DNA from: Clostridiales bacterium
Lineage (GTDB): Bacteria; Bacillota; Clostridia; Christensenellales; UBA1242
DNA length: 64,000 nucleotides
NCBI GenBank assembly: GCA_015055605.1
Contig: SVHV01000001.1
Span: forward strand, 513,999-577,998
Direction: 5' to 3'
The notes beneath the pieces are model-generated. The model was not told the origin of the DNA and made no database searches. It saw only the letters and a list, made by a program, of their open reading frames with translations. The position numbers and the translations under genes were made by a program. Below, piece by piece: positions 1 to 15,000 of the stretch (position 1 is the stretch's first letter; every line of letters starts with the position of its first letter).

Positions 1-3000
1 ATTATAGGAGAATAGTCATAGGTTTTAGTATAAACATTAGCCAAATCCTCTTTCACACTTAATTCTAAGCTAATAGGAGTAGCGTCTGGCACATATCTCT
101 TTGCAAAACCTAAATATAGTTGTCTATAAGACAATTTCTCTTCAGCATCTGCACCATACTGATCATTAGATGCTAACTCTAGGGTAACTTTACCACCTCT
201 AACATCAAGAGAAACCCCTCTATCACTCATGCTTGTTGAGAATGAAATTTCAAGGATATCATTGAGTGGACTAACAGCTCTTGATGATAAATTGATATCC
301 CACAAACTTGCCTCATGGTAAATTTGTTTGATTTCTTCATAAGCTTTTTCATCAGTATTACCATTTGTAATTGTAAATGTTCCTGCACCGTTTGGTTTAT
401 AGATTACAGTATCATGATATTCACCTGTAGCCTCAGTAACCTCTTCAGTTTCTAAGTTATCAACAAATGACATATAAATATTTTCAATACTGTCTGAATC
501 ACCTAACATCCAGTGTCTATTTGAGTACCAGTTTACACTGTACTCTGTTCCATATAGTGTATTTGCTATACCATAAATGAAGCTATTGATAGCCTGTTTT
601 TCAATAAACTCTGGAGCGCCTGCTACAACGCCATAGTTTGGATTACGCTCTCTAATAGTTTCTTTTAGTGTATTATGTATGTTTGTTGATGCTTCTTTGA
701 TATTAGTTTGAGAAGCATAACCAACAACACCACCAAATGGAATATTAATTATGGTATCAGGGTCAAATGATACATTAACATCAACATTTGTTATATTTGC
801 AAAACGAGTAGGTGAAATTGTGTACGAATATCCTACTACACCACCAGCTGCCGCAATATAATCATTTGTTATGGCATCTCTTAGTTTTTCTCTAGTATCA
901 TTTACGCCTTCATTTGCTACCATATTTGAAATAGAAATCACAGCATTATTGATTTCTGATTCTTTAGCTGCACCTATTAGTCCACCAATATAGTTAGAAC
1001 CATATAAAGCACCATTAAATGAAGAACCATAAGCATGTACTGTAGTAGCATCTCCGAAGAAGCCACCAACATACCATGAACCTAATTGTTGTGTACTATC
1101 ATAAGTTCCAATATTAACTGGATCTGCACCAGTACCAGATATTGAGCCAGTAACTGTTACATTATTAACCTTGCCAACTAGACCACCTACAAACTCATAA
1201 GCAGTAACATCTGCTGTATTAGTAAGCGAACTAAATGATAATGCTGTATTTGAATTAATAAATCCAACAATACCACCAAAGAACCTTGCTTGAGTTTCTA
1301 ATTCTCCTATAACTGGAATAGCATTTGTTATTTCAGTCATAGTTACATTTGTTCCTATTCTACCAACTACACCACCAACATATACTGATTTTGCTGAAAT
1401 TTTGAAGGTAGAAGAATTTGAAGAAGTTGTTGTAATTTTACTTAGGATAAGTTTGTCGCTTTCGACACCACCCTTAATAAATCCAAACGCTCCTCCGATA
1501 TTACCATAAGTTTGGTCAAATAAGTCTTGTGACCTCTTATAGTAATTTTGATAATTTTCAGACTCTTTATCTGTAACCTCTGTAATACTAACATCATTTA
1601 CATAAGTTTCAACATCTTCAACACTATATTTACCAACATATCCAGCAACGCCTCCTAAGTATCCGATTCCTCTGATACCTTGAATATTTGTAACTGTCAA
1701 TGTTGCACCAGTAACACCTGCTTTTGGTTTAATAATAAGTGAATTATCAACCTTACCAGCAATACCACCTACATAGTTAGTTTCATTTACTGCTCCAGTA
1801 TGCTCAAATTCAATATGATGAACATTAAATGAACTACCAATATTGAAGGTTAAGTTGGTTGCTCTACCTACCAAACCACCTATTGCACCAGACATAGTAT
1901 CATAGTTTGCAGCATTTAACTGATTTCTGCTACTAATCTTAATACCTTCATTATCATAGACTACATTATTAATTGTTACATTATTACCATAACCTATGAT
2001 AGCTCCGATATAAGCATTTGTATTATTAGAAGTAATGTTAATTTTGCCACTAGCAGATCTTACACTTGCAGCACCTGCTGGTAGAGAATCATTAGATATA
2101 ACAGCTTCATCAATGATTAATGTACCTGTAGATTTACCGATTAATCCACCGATTTCTGAACCGGAGTTTTCAATACTAGCAGTGCTCATTGCTCTACCTA
2201 TTGTAAGAGATATTCTCTCACCACTAATTAAAGCAATAATACCACTACTACTTCCTGAACCACCACCGATTTCTCCATAGTTAGTAAGTTCACTTGCAAC
2301 AATATTAACATTTAGGCTGTTAGGTGCAATGATTGCACCTATTACACCGCCTATGTTCTGACTATCATCAGATTTACCAGAGACCTTACCATAGTTAACA
2401 AGTGAACCAATACTAATAGTAGAAGTATTTGTAACTATTTCCATGCCACCGATAATACCACCAACATATCCAACTGTACCTTGAACATTTAGATGGTTTT
2501 CAACAGAGAGTCCACTAAAGACAGTCTCTTTTGCATATCCAATTAATGAACCACCATAGCTTGCCTCAGTTGTAATGTGAGAGCCCTCATTTAGAGTAGT
2601 CTCATCTGTTACAAACTTAACAGAACCCTCGATAGTTGCATTCTTAGTATATCCAAATAATCCAACATAGTCTTTAACAAGATTCTCTTCTTTAAACTCG
2701 TTATTTAGATAATAACCATTTGTGGTCATATTCTTAATAACATTATTTTGGAATACAAATTTACCCTGGAAGCTATTAGCCTCACTGTGACCAATAGGAT
2801 ACCAAAGTTTTTTACTGAAGTCTAATTGCATGCCCGACTCAAGATAAATTGTGCTACCTATAAATAGATTTTCACCTGTATTAACTTGATTTGCAACCCA
2901 TGCTAATCCCTCTTCAGAATTAATATAGTATGTTTTTCCATCAACTTGTACATCTGAATCAGCGTCATCTCCGATTTCTACATCAGAGTCCACCCATGCA

Positions 3001-6000
3001 GATTCCATAAATGATGGATAGTTATTATTTTTCTGTGATACTCTACTCCAAATATCTTTCCAATTGTCGAAAATCTCATTATTTGCAAGACTTAAGTTTG
3101 CATGAGTAATTTTCTTTATACTAGAGCCATTGTCGTTTGTATCAGAAATTTGATAAGAATTGTCATAGCTTACTTCTGTAGAATTTGTGAAAGCTAATCC
3201 ATAAGATGTACTACCAGTTTCAAATAATGAACTATAAGACTGACTAATAGTAATCTTTGAATCTTCTGTTGCAGAACCATCATATACAAATGCATACATG
3301 CCACCTTCTGTGCCTGTTGCTGTAGATATGATAGAGTTGAAGTTCATATTATTAGTAACTGATGGGTCTGAGTCATTTCTAGTATTTGGCTCACCATTAA
3401 GGATTGCACCCACATCACCACGGCTAACATAAGTATGATGGAAGATTGCTGAACCAGAGATATAACCCAACATACCACTAGCAAAGTATCCACTAACATA
3501 GCTACTATTATATGAAATTTCTACTCTTGTAGATGTTCCTGCAGTATATCCTACAAGACCACCAGCATAAGAAAGTGTTGTATTAGTTGCTATAACATCA
3601 CCTAGGTTACGAGACCTATAGATATTAATTTTTGAATCCTCAGACGCAGAACCTATTAAGCCACCAACTCTAGTAGTTCCCTTAATAGCATGTTCGTTAT
3701 AACAATCATTAATTTGAATAGTTGCATATTCAGCAGAACCTATTAGACCACCTACATAGTCTCCATTATGAACAGAAGACTCTTCCTCTAGGCCTGATTT
3801 ACTCATTGTAATACTTACATTTCTTTCTTCTGGTCTAGTATTGTAAATCAATCCAACAATACCACCAACAACATCAAATTCTTCTGCTGTTTGCATTAGA
3901 TTTACAACTGTAGATTTCTTTACAGAAATATTAGTAAAGTCAGCATTATCCTCTTGTCTAGCAACGAGAGTACCAACCTCATCACCAGAAGATAATAGAT
4001 ATGCTCCTTCTATAGTAATATTAGTATAACTTGTACTAGCAGATACACCGAACAAACCAGCATAACTATTAGTGATTACATTAATATTAGATATTTTCTT
4101 ATTATTACCAATAAATTCACCACGGAAGACATTTTCATCAGTCTTACCGAAGATTAATGCACCTCCGATAGGAGTAAATATTCTACCTTCCATATCAATA
4201 TCAGCATCAATAATAATATCATAATCAGCATATTCGCCATTATTAATCTTATTAGCCACATAAGCTAAGCCCTCTGGACTACCTACAGTAATTCTATCCA
4301 TAGATACTGATACAGAAATACTGTTAGTTGTAAAGTTATAATGAGAAGTTAATTGATTTACACGGTTATTCCATACATAATCAGCATAAGCTGTTTGGAT
4401 ATTACTATATAGGTCAATATCCTCAAAGTACCAGTTCTTACCGATAGTTTCTTTTAATTCCCATCTTAAGAAGACTCTACCATTTCTTCTATTTGCAACA
4501 TATTGTTCATAAGCTGTTCTTTCAGATGCTGACATAGCTGCAGTATCTTTTTCTGTAATGGTAAATATAATCCAATCATTATAGAAGTCATAATCACTAG
4601 TAAACTTAGTAATGTCTTTAGCAGTTGTAGAGTCTAATACTTGACTATCTCCATTGTGATTATAATATGTATAGTCAGAACTATTAGTCATATAACTATC
4701 TATCATTGTTGACTTCACTGCAGGTTTAGTAGATGAATAATTAAATACTGATAATTTAATTTCACCTGTACTTGTCTCTGCACTAGATTCAATATTATTT
4801 GAATTAGTTGTAATCTTTGCATACATTACAATACCATTATTTTTCTTGTAAAGTAATGTACCTGCACCATTCATTCTAACTACTGGATTAATATCTAATC
4901 CATTGTTTTCCTCAATGTAACCACTTGTAGAAGTCAAGTTGGTAATATTTGTTGCAGAAACTTTACCATTGTTTACATTGATAAGAGCGAATGATACACC
5001 ATCTGCTCTTAAACCGTAAACTCTAACATCATTAGGAATCTCAGAGAATACAGTTGTACTGATAGTTAATCTCTCAGCTATAAAGTAAATATCTTTAATT
5101 GTTCCTAAGTTTGTTATTGTCTCAGTTAAGGTTGTGTCAGTAACTACAATTGCAGATGCTGTAGTATTGACACTATTTATTTCTGATTGAGTGAAGTTAG
5201 TAATTGTTGCAGGAGTTAGTCTAGCATTTTCAGCGCCTACTTGATTTAGCACTGGGTAAACATATCTACCAATAGATGTATCAGTCCTTATATCATTCCA
5301 ATTAACAACTTCATTATAACTTGTAAACATAGTTGTATTATTGATTAATAAATCTTTAACACTACATGCAATACCTATTGAATTTGTATCAATCATAAAT
5401 TCAGCAAGATAATATGCATTAGTAAGCGAAATGCTACCAGTTATATCAAAGCCATCGACAGATGCTGCTTTACCAACTAAGCCTCCTACTGCAGACTTAG
5501 GATAATCACTCTTACTAATAACAATATTAGATATAGTGTATACACTATCCAAATCAAAATAGAAGTCATCAGCATTTTCTGCCTCAAGCATTCCTACAAA
5601 TCCACCCATTGCATTGTATGGACTAGCAGAAACATATTTTGTAAATGTATGTCCATCAAATGTTCCGTTATAAGCCTCTACATCATTAGCTGTAACAGAA
5701 TATTTAATAATGATAGAATCAAATACTTTACCAACCATACCACCAATATTAGCAGCATAGATATCTGCTGTGTCAACAGAAGATGCACTCTTGTCAATAG
5801 AGTATAGAACTGTTCTTCCATATATATAACAACCAGAAATTGCAGTAGCAGCTGAATCTACTTTAGCATATCCAACTAAACCACCTAAATTTATGTTGTT
5901 TGTAGAAGTAGCAGATGTGTAAATAATGATATTTGAAGTAAAGCCTGAATTAGTAATACTTCCACCATTCATAACACCAACAAGTCCACCAATATTTAAT

Positions 6001-9000
6001 TGAGCCTCAGCTCCTAAAGTGATAGGCTTGATTACATCTGAACCAGAAATATAAAGCATATTCTGAATGCTAGAAGAAGCTACAACATTGACAATCTGTC
6101 CGGCATTCATTTTACCTATTGTGTGTCCAATATTGATATTTACTTTATCTAATTCTGTAACTGTCCACTTGAGAATTAATTCACTAGAAATTCCAGATAT
6201 ATTACCTGTACAAGATATTACAGAACCAATTGAAGAACCAATATTAACATCACTTGTAGTCTTAATACCTGCTAAATATGTAGAAGGATTTGTGTGTTTA
6301 TATGTAAAGTATTTACCAGATGCAGCAACAGAAATATTTGCTAAGTTTACATTACCCTTATTGCTTCCACCTATTTGTCCAATAATTCCACCAACTGAGA
6401 AGTTTCCTCTAGCAGAATATATAGGAGAATATGCATATATACCATTATTCTCAACTGTTAATTCATAACCACTTGTAGTAGTAACTGAGATATTTCTAAT
6501 AGTAAATGCTTGTTTTGTATTTAAGCCTTCAACTAATCCAAATACACCACCTATTCCAACAGTTTCGAAATACACAAATGCATTTTGGTCTGAACCACCA
6601 ACATCTTTAACTTCAGCATTAAGTTTGATATTCATTTTTGGATTACTTACCTTGATATTATCAAGCAAGTATTCACCGGTGCTAGCATTAGTATTGGTTA
6701 CTTTACCAAATACAGAACCTATTGCTAAGTCACCATAACCACCCTCTAAGAAAGTAGTATCAACATTAATAACAGGATTTTGTACTACTGTATAATAAGA
6801 TGCTTCTACTGATTGAATAGCAGCCTCACCTACTACAGCACCAACATACATATCCTTAACACTTGTTGTACCCCTAATCTCAATCTTAGGGTTAACGATT
6901 GTAACACCGTTTACATCTACTCCTGTACCAGCAGCTGTACCAATGATACCTTTAATATATAATGCGTCAGAATATCCACCAACTACACCAACATATTTAG
7001 CACCATTCTCTACAACGATTTTGGCTGTAGAAGTAAAGCTAATTGTTACATCTTGAATAGTATTAGCCTGATATCCTTTAGCATAACCCATACCAAATAA
7101 GATACCAACAGCACCAGATTCATTAGATGATGCTACCTCAAATACTGTATCTACCACAATATTAAGGTCTCTAAATGTTGCACCCTTGACTGCTGCAAAC
7201 AATCCAGATACTGTCTCACCTACAATAGGATTATCAATAGTGATTGTATATGGCTCTGGATGAGTATTCATATCTCTCTCATAATTACTTATAAGAGCAC
7301 CAGTGAATGGATTACCCATTGAGCATAATGGCTCAGCACCAGGATCTACAGATATATCTGTCATAAGGACAAATGTACCACCAGGATATAATTTTGTATT
7401 TGTTACTAAATCAGCATAAGACCAAATTTCAATCTTCTTATCTGCGACATTATTAGTTAATACTGGCCAAATATGGTCATCAACTTTTTCATAGAAATTA
7501 TCTACTTGTGTTCCTGTCCATACTTGAGCATCCCAACTATTGCTATGATATACAACTTGTCTTTGACAATCTCCTCTATATACTCTAGCAGCGCCGCCTG
7601 GTACTTTATTATTAAATCTTATGTTCGAACTAGAAATTTCATAAGTTGAAGACTCAATGTCAGATGCAGATCTCTCATCTCCAGATGGCTTTCTCTCTAA
7701 TCTATTAATCATAGATATAGCCTCTTCTGGAATATGAGTTCTAGCTATAATCTCTGTTAGAGTTCTAACTGACGATAGGTTTCTAATTCTTGAATAGTGA
7801 GATGTTCTTGAAACATTTACTAAATCAGTACCCTCACCTTGATAGAATTGAACAACATTACCACTAGCCAAATCATTAACAGAATAATTTGTATGATTGA
7901 TGTAAACCTTATTATTTGTATCAGACAATTCATGGAATGTTTGATTTGTTTTATCATCACCAGGATGCATTGATTTTTCTAGAACTGTATAGTTACCAAC
8001 TTCTTGAATTAACTGGAATGACTTGAAGTTAGCAGAATCAGCAGCATCCAGATATTTAACAATACTATCATAAGTATAAGCTGCAATAGTGAACATATTT
8101 TCATTTAAGTATCTATTATCTTCACCAACTGCGATATTACTTGGGTTAAGAGAGAATACTCCAGTATTTGTTCCTGTCTCTATACCTAATTTAGTATCAG
8201 AATAACCTATCACTGAACCAATAGAAGCCTCAGTATTTGTAGGCATTGTGCTTAAATGCATTCTTCTTTGGTTAAGTGACTGCATCTTCCAAATATTTGC
8301 AGCAACTACTGCAGTCATATTTAGAGCAGCATTTTCAACTGAACCCATGAGAACTAGAGGATTTGTTACATGTGACAATAAGTGTGTATTTCTAAACTCT
8401 GTATTATCACTACCATAATCATCTTTAATTCTACTAGTTTCTGCACCACTATTTAGACCGATTATTCCACCGACACCATAGAATGCATAGACATCAGCAG
8501 TAGTATAAACAGACCTAATACCACCACCTAAGTTTGCACCGATTACACCACCAGCAAACGCTGCATCTAAGTTTCTAACATTAACCTTACTATATGAATT
8601 AATTACTGTACCTAAAATATTAACACCAGTAATACCACCGATATAATGTGGATTACCACCAAAGAATGTTTCACTTCCGGTATCAATATTGTCACCATAT
8701 ATTTGAGAAATATTAGTAGCAAGAGATGAAACTATAGCATCAATTTCTTCTTGGTCTTCATTAATAATATAGCTTCTATTAATGTAACCATAGTTGATAC
8801 CAACTAGACCACCAGCGACTCTAGATGCATCTAATAAAGCATTATCTTGAACAACTACACTACTAGCTGTAAGCATTGAGTTGTTGCCCATATAACCATA
8901 TAGACCACCAACGATTTCACCTATAATTGTAGGCGAACCTGTTAATCTAGTGCTTCTGATTCTACCTATTGCAGTAGCATCTATGGTAGCATCAGCATTA

Positions 9001-12000
9001 TCCCCTTGAACACCTAAGTCAATCGCTCCAGCTACACCACCAGCAAGAGATACTTCTGAGAAGTTAGATGAAACATAAGTTCCTTCATTTGTCGCTGGTT
9101 GATATGCAGTAAACTTCGAAGCAATCTCGTATTGTTCTAAGTTATTTCTATCTACATAATTAGTATGTCCATAGTAGTATGCAGAAACTGAAATTGAGCT
9201 CTCTACATTGACAATTGTACTTTGTCCACTAACTCTACCAACAATACCACCTACGATATTACCACCTAAGATGTTAGCATTGTCTGAAGATTTAACATTA
9301 ACATTAAATACTCTACCATCAATTACCTGTCCGGCAATAGTACCAACAAAGTTAACACCTGTTGCATAAACCTCACTAACATCAACTGTTAAGTTCTTAA
9401 CAACAGCGCCCTTAACAAGTTTAGCAAACATACCAACACTTGTTGCCTTGACACCACCAACATTCTCAAGTTCATCATATTTCTCTGAGAATTGAGGATT
9501 TAGAGCAGAAGAAGATATTGTAGTATCGGCATTTACTCTTAAGTTAGAGATAGTCATAGCATTACCATCTAAAACACCTGAGTATATTACATTAAATGTC
9601 TTCGCTACTAAATCGTTACCTGTGAAGGCAAAGTCTTTAGTAAGTCTTAGGAATTTGTTTGATTTGTATCCACTATTTTGAATAGTAGCCTGATAATCAT
9701 CACCGATAAGCATTACATATACATTGTAATCATTTGCAGATTTTACAAGATATGGATTTAAGATACTATTACCATATTCAATGCTTACTGTTTGGTCATT
9801 TTCAGTCATTTCTAAGATAGAAGTATATTCAAATGTAGTTTCAACTTCTGGAATTGCTGTCTCTGCTTTATTAATAATATTAACATTAATATAGCTAAGA
9901 GGGTATAATCCTAAGTTAAGAATTTCCCTCTTAACAGCATTGATAAATTGTACAGCCTTTTCAGAAATAGTATCTGAAGAACCCTCTGGGATTGCTGTGA
10001 TTGTATTGTACTCAAGCTCATCAAAGTACAAGCTAACATTAATATATTGTAAATTTGTTAGGTCAAGAATTGTAGGAGTTAAGCCAACATAATTGCTTGT
10101 ATTTTCTGCAGTTATACCAGCATAACCTTGTAATTCTGTAGTTAGCAATGCTAATCTTTCTTCTTTAGTATATTCAACTGTTCCTGGAATATCTGGATAA
10201 GCTCTACCTGCCACGGCATTAGCAGAAAGCTCAATTGTTTCCATCTGAATATTATTTCTAGTGAACTTACCTAAGAATGAACTTGTGTTTATATCTTCTA
10301 GAAGGCCAGAATATACGCCCTCTATCATCTTTGTTTCGTTATCTGTTACATAGTATTTTAAACTATATGTATTTAAGTTAGCACTTACTAATTGAGGTGC
10401 AACGCTTAGATAACTATCATGTTTGAAGTAAATAGAATTATTAGTAACGTTATTTGGATAGAACCAAACTGCCCTAGTAATTTCATCAAGTGTAGAAACA
10501 CCTGCTAATTTACTTTCTTCGTCCATATTTGCATTAAATGCAAACGAATCAAATGTACTATAATTTGATAATTTCTTTGCAGAAATAGGTTGAGCAATTT
10601 GCTTAGAAGCATAAATAAACTCATCTGCAGTACCTGAAGTACCATCAACATCACTACCAATTACAGATAGATAATAAGAATTTGTAATATTACCTGTGTT
10701 ATTAGTTGCAGTATCATTATTAATCAATGAAATGAATGGGTTGTGTCTAGCATCTTTAGCAATTACCGTACTTAAGGTATAAACATTGTTAATATTACCA
10801 GCGTTCTTATATACGAAACCAACTGAATTGTTACCAGATACCAAGATATTTGAGTAACTATCTTCTATATAAGAATTTGATTCATTATTATAAACGAAAC
10901 CACTAGTATTACCACTTTCAGAAATTACACCTGAAGCCATATTTCTAATAGGAAGAACATCGCAATAATCATATCCAACAAATGAAGTAATATCTTTACC
11001 TGTGATATTAGTAGAAGGATTAGCTTTATCATATCCCCTACCAGCAACATAGCTATATGCAATCTTGCCTCTATTTGTAAATACGAAACCTGCTGCACCT
11101 AATGCAGTAGAATCTACTGCTGATACTTGAGCATGAATATTACCACCCTCATAGAAACTACTACTAATTACTTTTGAGTTCTCTGCAACAAATCCAGCAA
11201 CACAGTCTAAGCCTTTGATACTAATATTGCTAACTGAGCTATTTGAAATATAGCCTGAGTTAACACCAACTAATACAGCAATTTTGTTTTCGCTTGCAGT
11301 GGTTGTAAGTGTTCCATAATCAACATTAACTATTGAAACTGTTCTCTCTACATCACGACCGTCTTTATCTTTAGAATAATTAGTTGTTCCTAAAGTAACA
11401 TATTCGTCAATTACTCCACTTTGAGCAAGAAGAACATTTCTTCTATTTCTATAAGTATTAGCATTGTTTGTTACAGAAACATTAGTAATAACACCTTCAT
11501 TAACTGCAGCTAGAAGTCCAAAATTAACTTTTGCATAATACTTAGCATTGATTACTAAGTCACCAACTGAACCAGTCACAATATCTGAAGCAACACTCTC
11601 ATCATTCTTAATCTCAATAATGAGATTCTTTATTGTTGTAGAACTAGAGATTGTTGAGAAGATACCTAATTGTAACTCTGCTGATTTCTCTTCGTCAGTT
11701 GTTGGAGCTTCAATAGTAGTATCGTAGAAACTATCTATTGTAATCACATAACCATTACCGTCTAAAGAAGCAATAGGTGTATCAATAGGTGTCCAATCTT
11801 CTAATATAATATCGTTAAGAAGAATGTAATATCCACCCTCATCCATATTCTTTAGCTCTGCTGCTGTATAGATAGGCTCTGGATTTTCTTCGTTAGAAAG
11901 TCTAACAAAGTCTAATTCAAATTCACAGCTTCTATTATATACGAAACTACTTGCCATTGAGCCAAATGAAATACCATATCTAGTAAGAGCAGTAATTGTT

Positions 12001-15000
12001 GTGTATTGATATGTAATACTTGCTTTTAGTCTACTTGATGTAAACTTCATATTGTTTTTGATAGTAAAATAGTTACCATTCATAGAAACTAACAAGTCTG
12101 TATATTGTTTAGGTTCTAATGCATATACACCATTACCATCATAGATACTAAATGACCTAGCCTGAACTTTAGACATCTCATTAGATAGTTCATTTATTAT
12201 CTTTGTTATATAGAAATTATTTGCCTCGTCATATTCTTTATCATAAGTAGCATTAATTGTGAGCATTAAGTCATAAGGTTGATTGTATGTACCATGGAAA
12301 TATCCATCTGACACATTTTTAACTGAGATTGAGTCTATTGTAAATAGTGCAAGTCTAATTGTAATAGAATCACTCGCTTTATATATCCTACCCTTAATGT
12401 CTAATTCGACTGTAGCAGTGATTACAAGGTCTTTACCTATGTAATCTTCGAAATTATCTCCCAATTCGCTAATTGATAGAATATCAACTGAGAATGTATC
12501 ATCGTCTACTCTTACTGGAGCTACAGCATTACCAACTGTAACTTCTGTAAATAAGTCATTTACAGACCATGTTACATCACTATCAGTCTCGACATCAATA
12601 TTAATTGAGTTACCTAAAGCAACTACTGCAGTATCCTGTCCATCAACTGTTAAATTAATTCCAGGAACTCTAGTTACATCTATTTCGATAGTATTTTCAT
12701 GAATAACTGAGCCACCAAAGTAGCATTTATATGTGATTTCAAATTTAGTAGTACCATAAGATATTGTTGGAACAATAGTCCTTAAATAATATGTTCCACT
12801 ATATTTATACTCACCACTATCTGTTTGATAACTATAATTACCTACTCTGATACCAGCACCGTCATTAATAACCTCTCTAGTATCATTGTAAACTTTGTAA
12901 TAACCATCAAATACATTGTTCTCATTGAAAACAGCAACCATCTGTTCAAGAGAGATATAGTATCCGTTAACATTTTCAGAAACAATCTCCACATAGTCTA
13001 CATTTGCATACTCTGGGAATAGGTCTATCTGAAGTAATCCTGGATATCCAGAAACTAGAGTATTTGACTCATAATAATCTGATAATTCATACTCAGATAC
13101 TGTTGATGAGTATTGGTCAATAGAAGCATAATGTTTAGCCATACTATTCTTGATAGTTTGTCTATCTAATGCTAAGTCCATTGTAGATGTTTGAACAGAA
13201 GCTGTGTAATCTACAATATTGAAATGAACTTTGTAATTTGCAATAAGGTTTGGCTCGTACAAGTATTTTTTACATACACCCATAATTAGGTTGTATTTCT
13301 TATACTGAATGAATCCATCACCATCATATTCTGACTCAATAGAAGTCACAGTTAAGTATAGATTATCAAAGTAATAAGTTTTAGCTACCCCACCATCTAA
13401 ATCAATCTCTACACCTAAGTTATCAAAGTCTTTGTCATAGATATCAACTCTTGTTGATGGGTCTATAATTATATTCTTATCTAAATCAGAGTAGATAGAT
13501 AGTGTTGTTGTTGACATACTAGAAATAACTTTGTCAACTGAGAAGAATAACTGGCTCTGCTCATTATCTGTCTTTACTACAACCTGCATATCTTGTGGGT
13601 TAATAGGTAAGAAATGAGCATTTGAAGGAGAAGAAACTTTCTCTGAGCCTTCAACAACCATTAGATTAATAACTTTTGCATAAGTATCTAGTGGTAAGCT
13701 AGAAATATTACCGTCAAAGTTAAGGTCTAATAGAAGTGTCTTTGTGCCGTCCTCATGAATAATAAATGGAACAGCAAGTAATTGTAATCTATCTGCAGTA
13801 GTATTTACACCTAAGATATTAATATCTGCACTACTATCGGCATAAAGTGCATATTTACTACCTACACTAGCATAAGCACTACTGAAGTATAATTTTGAGA
13901 ATGATTTTGCATTAACCTTGATAGCATCAACAGAATCTACTTCACCATCATTGAAATAAATCTTGCCATCATTGATAAAGAAATATCTAACACCATAATT
14001 ATTTTCTCTAATAAATGGTAAATCAATCTTAGAATAATTCTCTAGATATTCATTATCAAAGTCTAGATTTCCACCTAGGTTTGCATACATTACAGATGCA
14101 TACTCTTCATTCTTAAGAACAACATAATTAGAACCATCTGTAAATAGCTCTGAATCTGCACTAAACATCATATCTGAATATAAACCAAATTCACTAATTG
14201 CAGATACAACATTAATTTCGAAATTTGCAGCCTTTCCATCACTTTCTAGAGATGGATTATATATTGAGTAGATTGTGAATTTAGCATTACCTACTCCAGT
14301 AACAACGATATAAGCCTCACCATCTATAATCTCTATTCTTGCTACAGATTCATTGTCTGACCTAAATGAAATCATACCGTTCTGTAAGAATGGAGGAAGT
14401 ATAGAAATCTTGAGAGTATCCTCTAATTTATATGTGTTTTTCTCTTTGATGAGATTGTCCACATAATTTGTATAACTTATATCAAGATTAGAATATCTAC
14501 CGTCTTTATTAAAGTCGATTACCTGTGTTTTTACCCCACCAATATCGGTAAGTTGTGAATCAAACTTAGTATAATCTAACTCATAGTAGAATAAAGTATT
14601 TAATTTATAATCGCTAGTATTTAAAGTGTCGATAATTTCTTCAACAGAAGCCAACCACAAGTCATTCTCTTCGTCAATTAGAGAATATCTAGATGCTTTG
14701 ATATCTGTAGGAGGAATATCGATAATAAGATTTACATAGTCTTTACCATCTCCTGTAGAATATGTAGGAGTTGATGCAAATGGAGTAACTGTACCAGCGT
14801 CCACTTGAACATTGTAATATCTATAATGATTAGATGTTTGAATAGTTGCATCTAATCCAGTGATAGAGTCAGCACATACATATAGGTTAGCTAAAGCATT
14901 TCCCTTTCTTGTAACATAAGCTGCCACATCAGTATTTACACTATAAACATAATCTTCAGCTAGTTCTAAGCCACCAGAGTATCTAGCACCTGCTGGAGCC

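Noticed and set aside
2035-13022. Plus-strand ORFs inside gene A (2035..2280, 6067..6468, 12825..13022)
   Set aside because: These are antisense to a clearly coding frame. Their Pro/Ile/Leu-rich translations (..PPISEPEF.., ..LLPPICPIIPPTEKFP..) are what the reverse complement of repeated GGxxxG/Asn/Ile codons produces. No RBS or promoter was seen.
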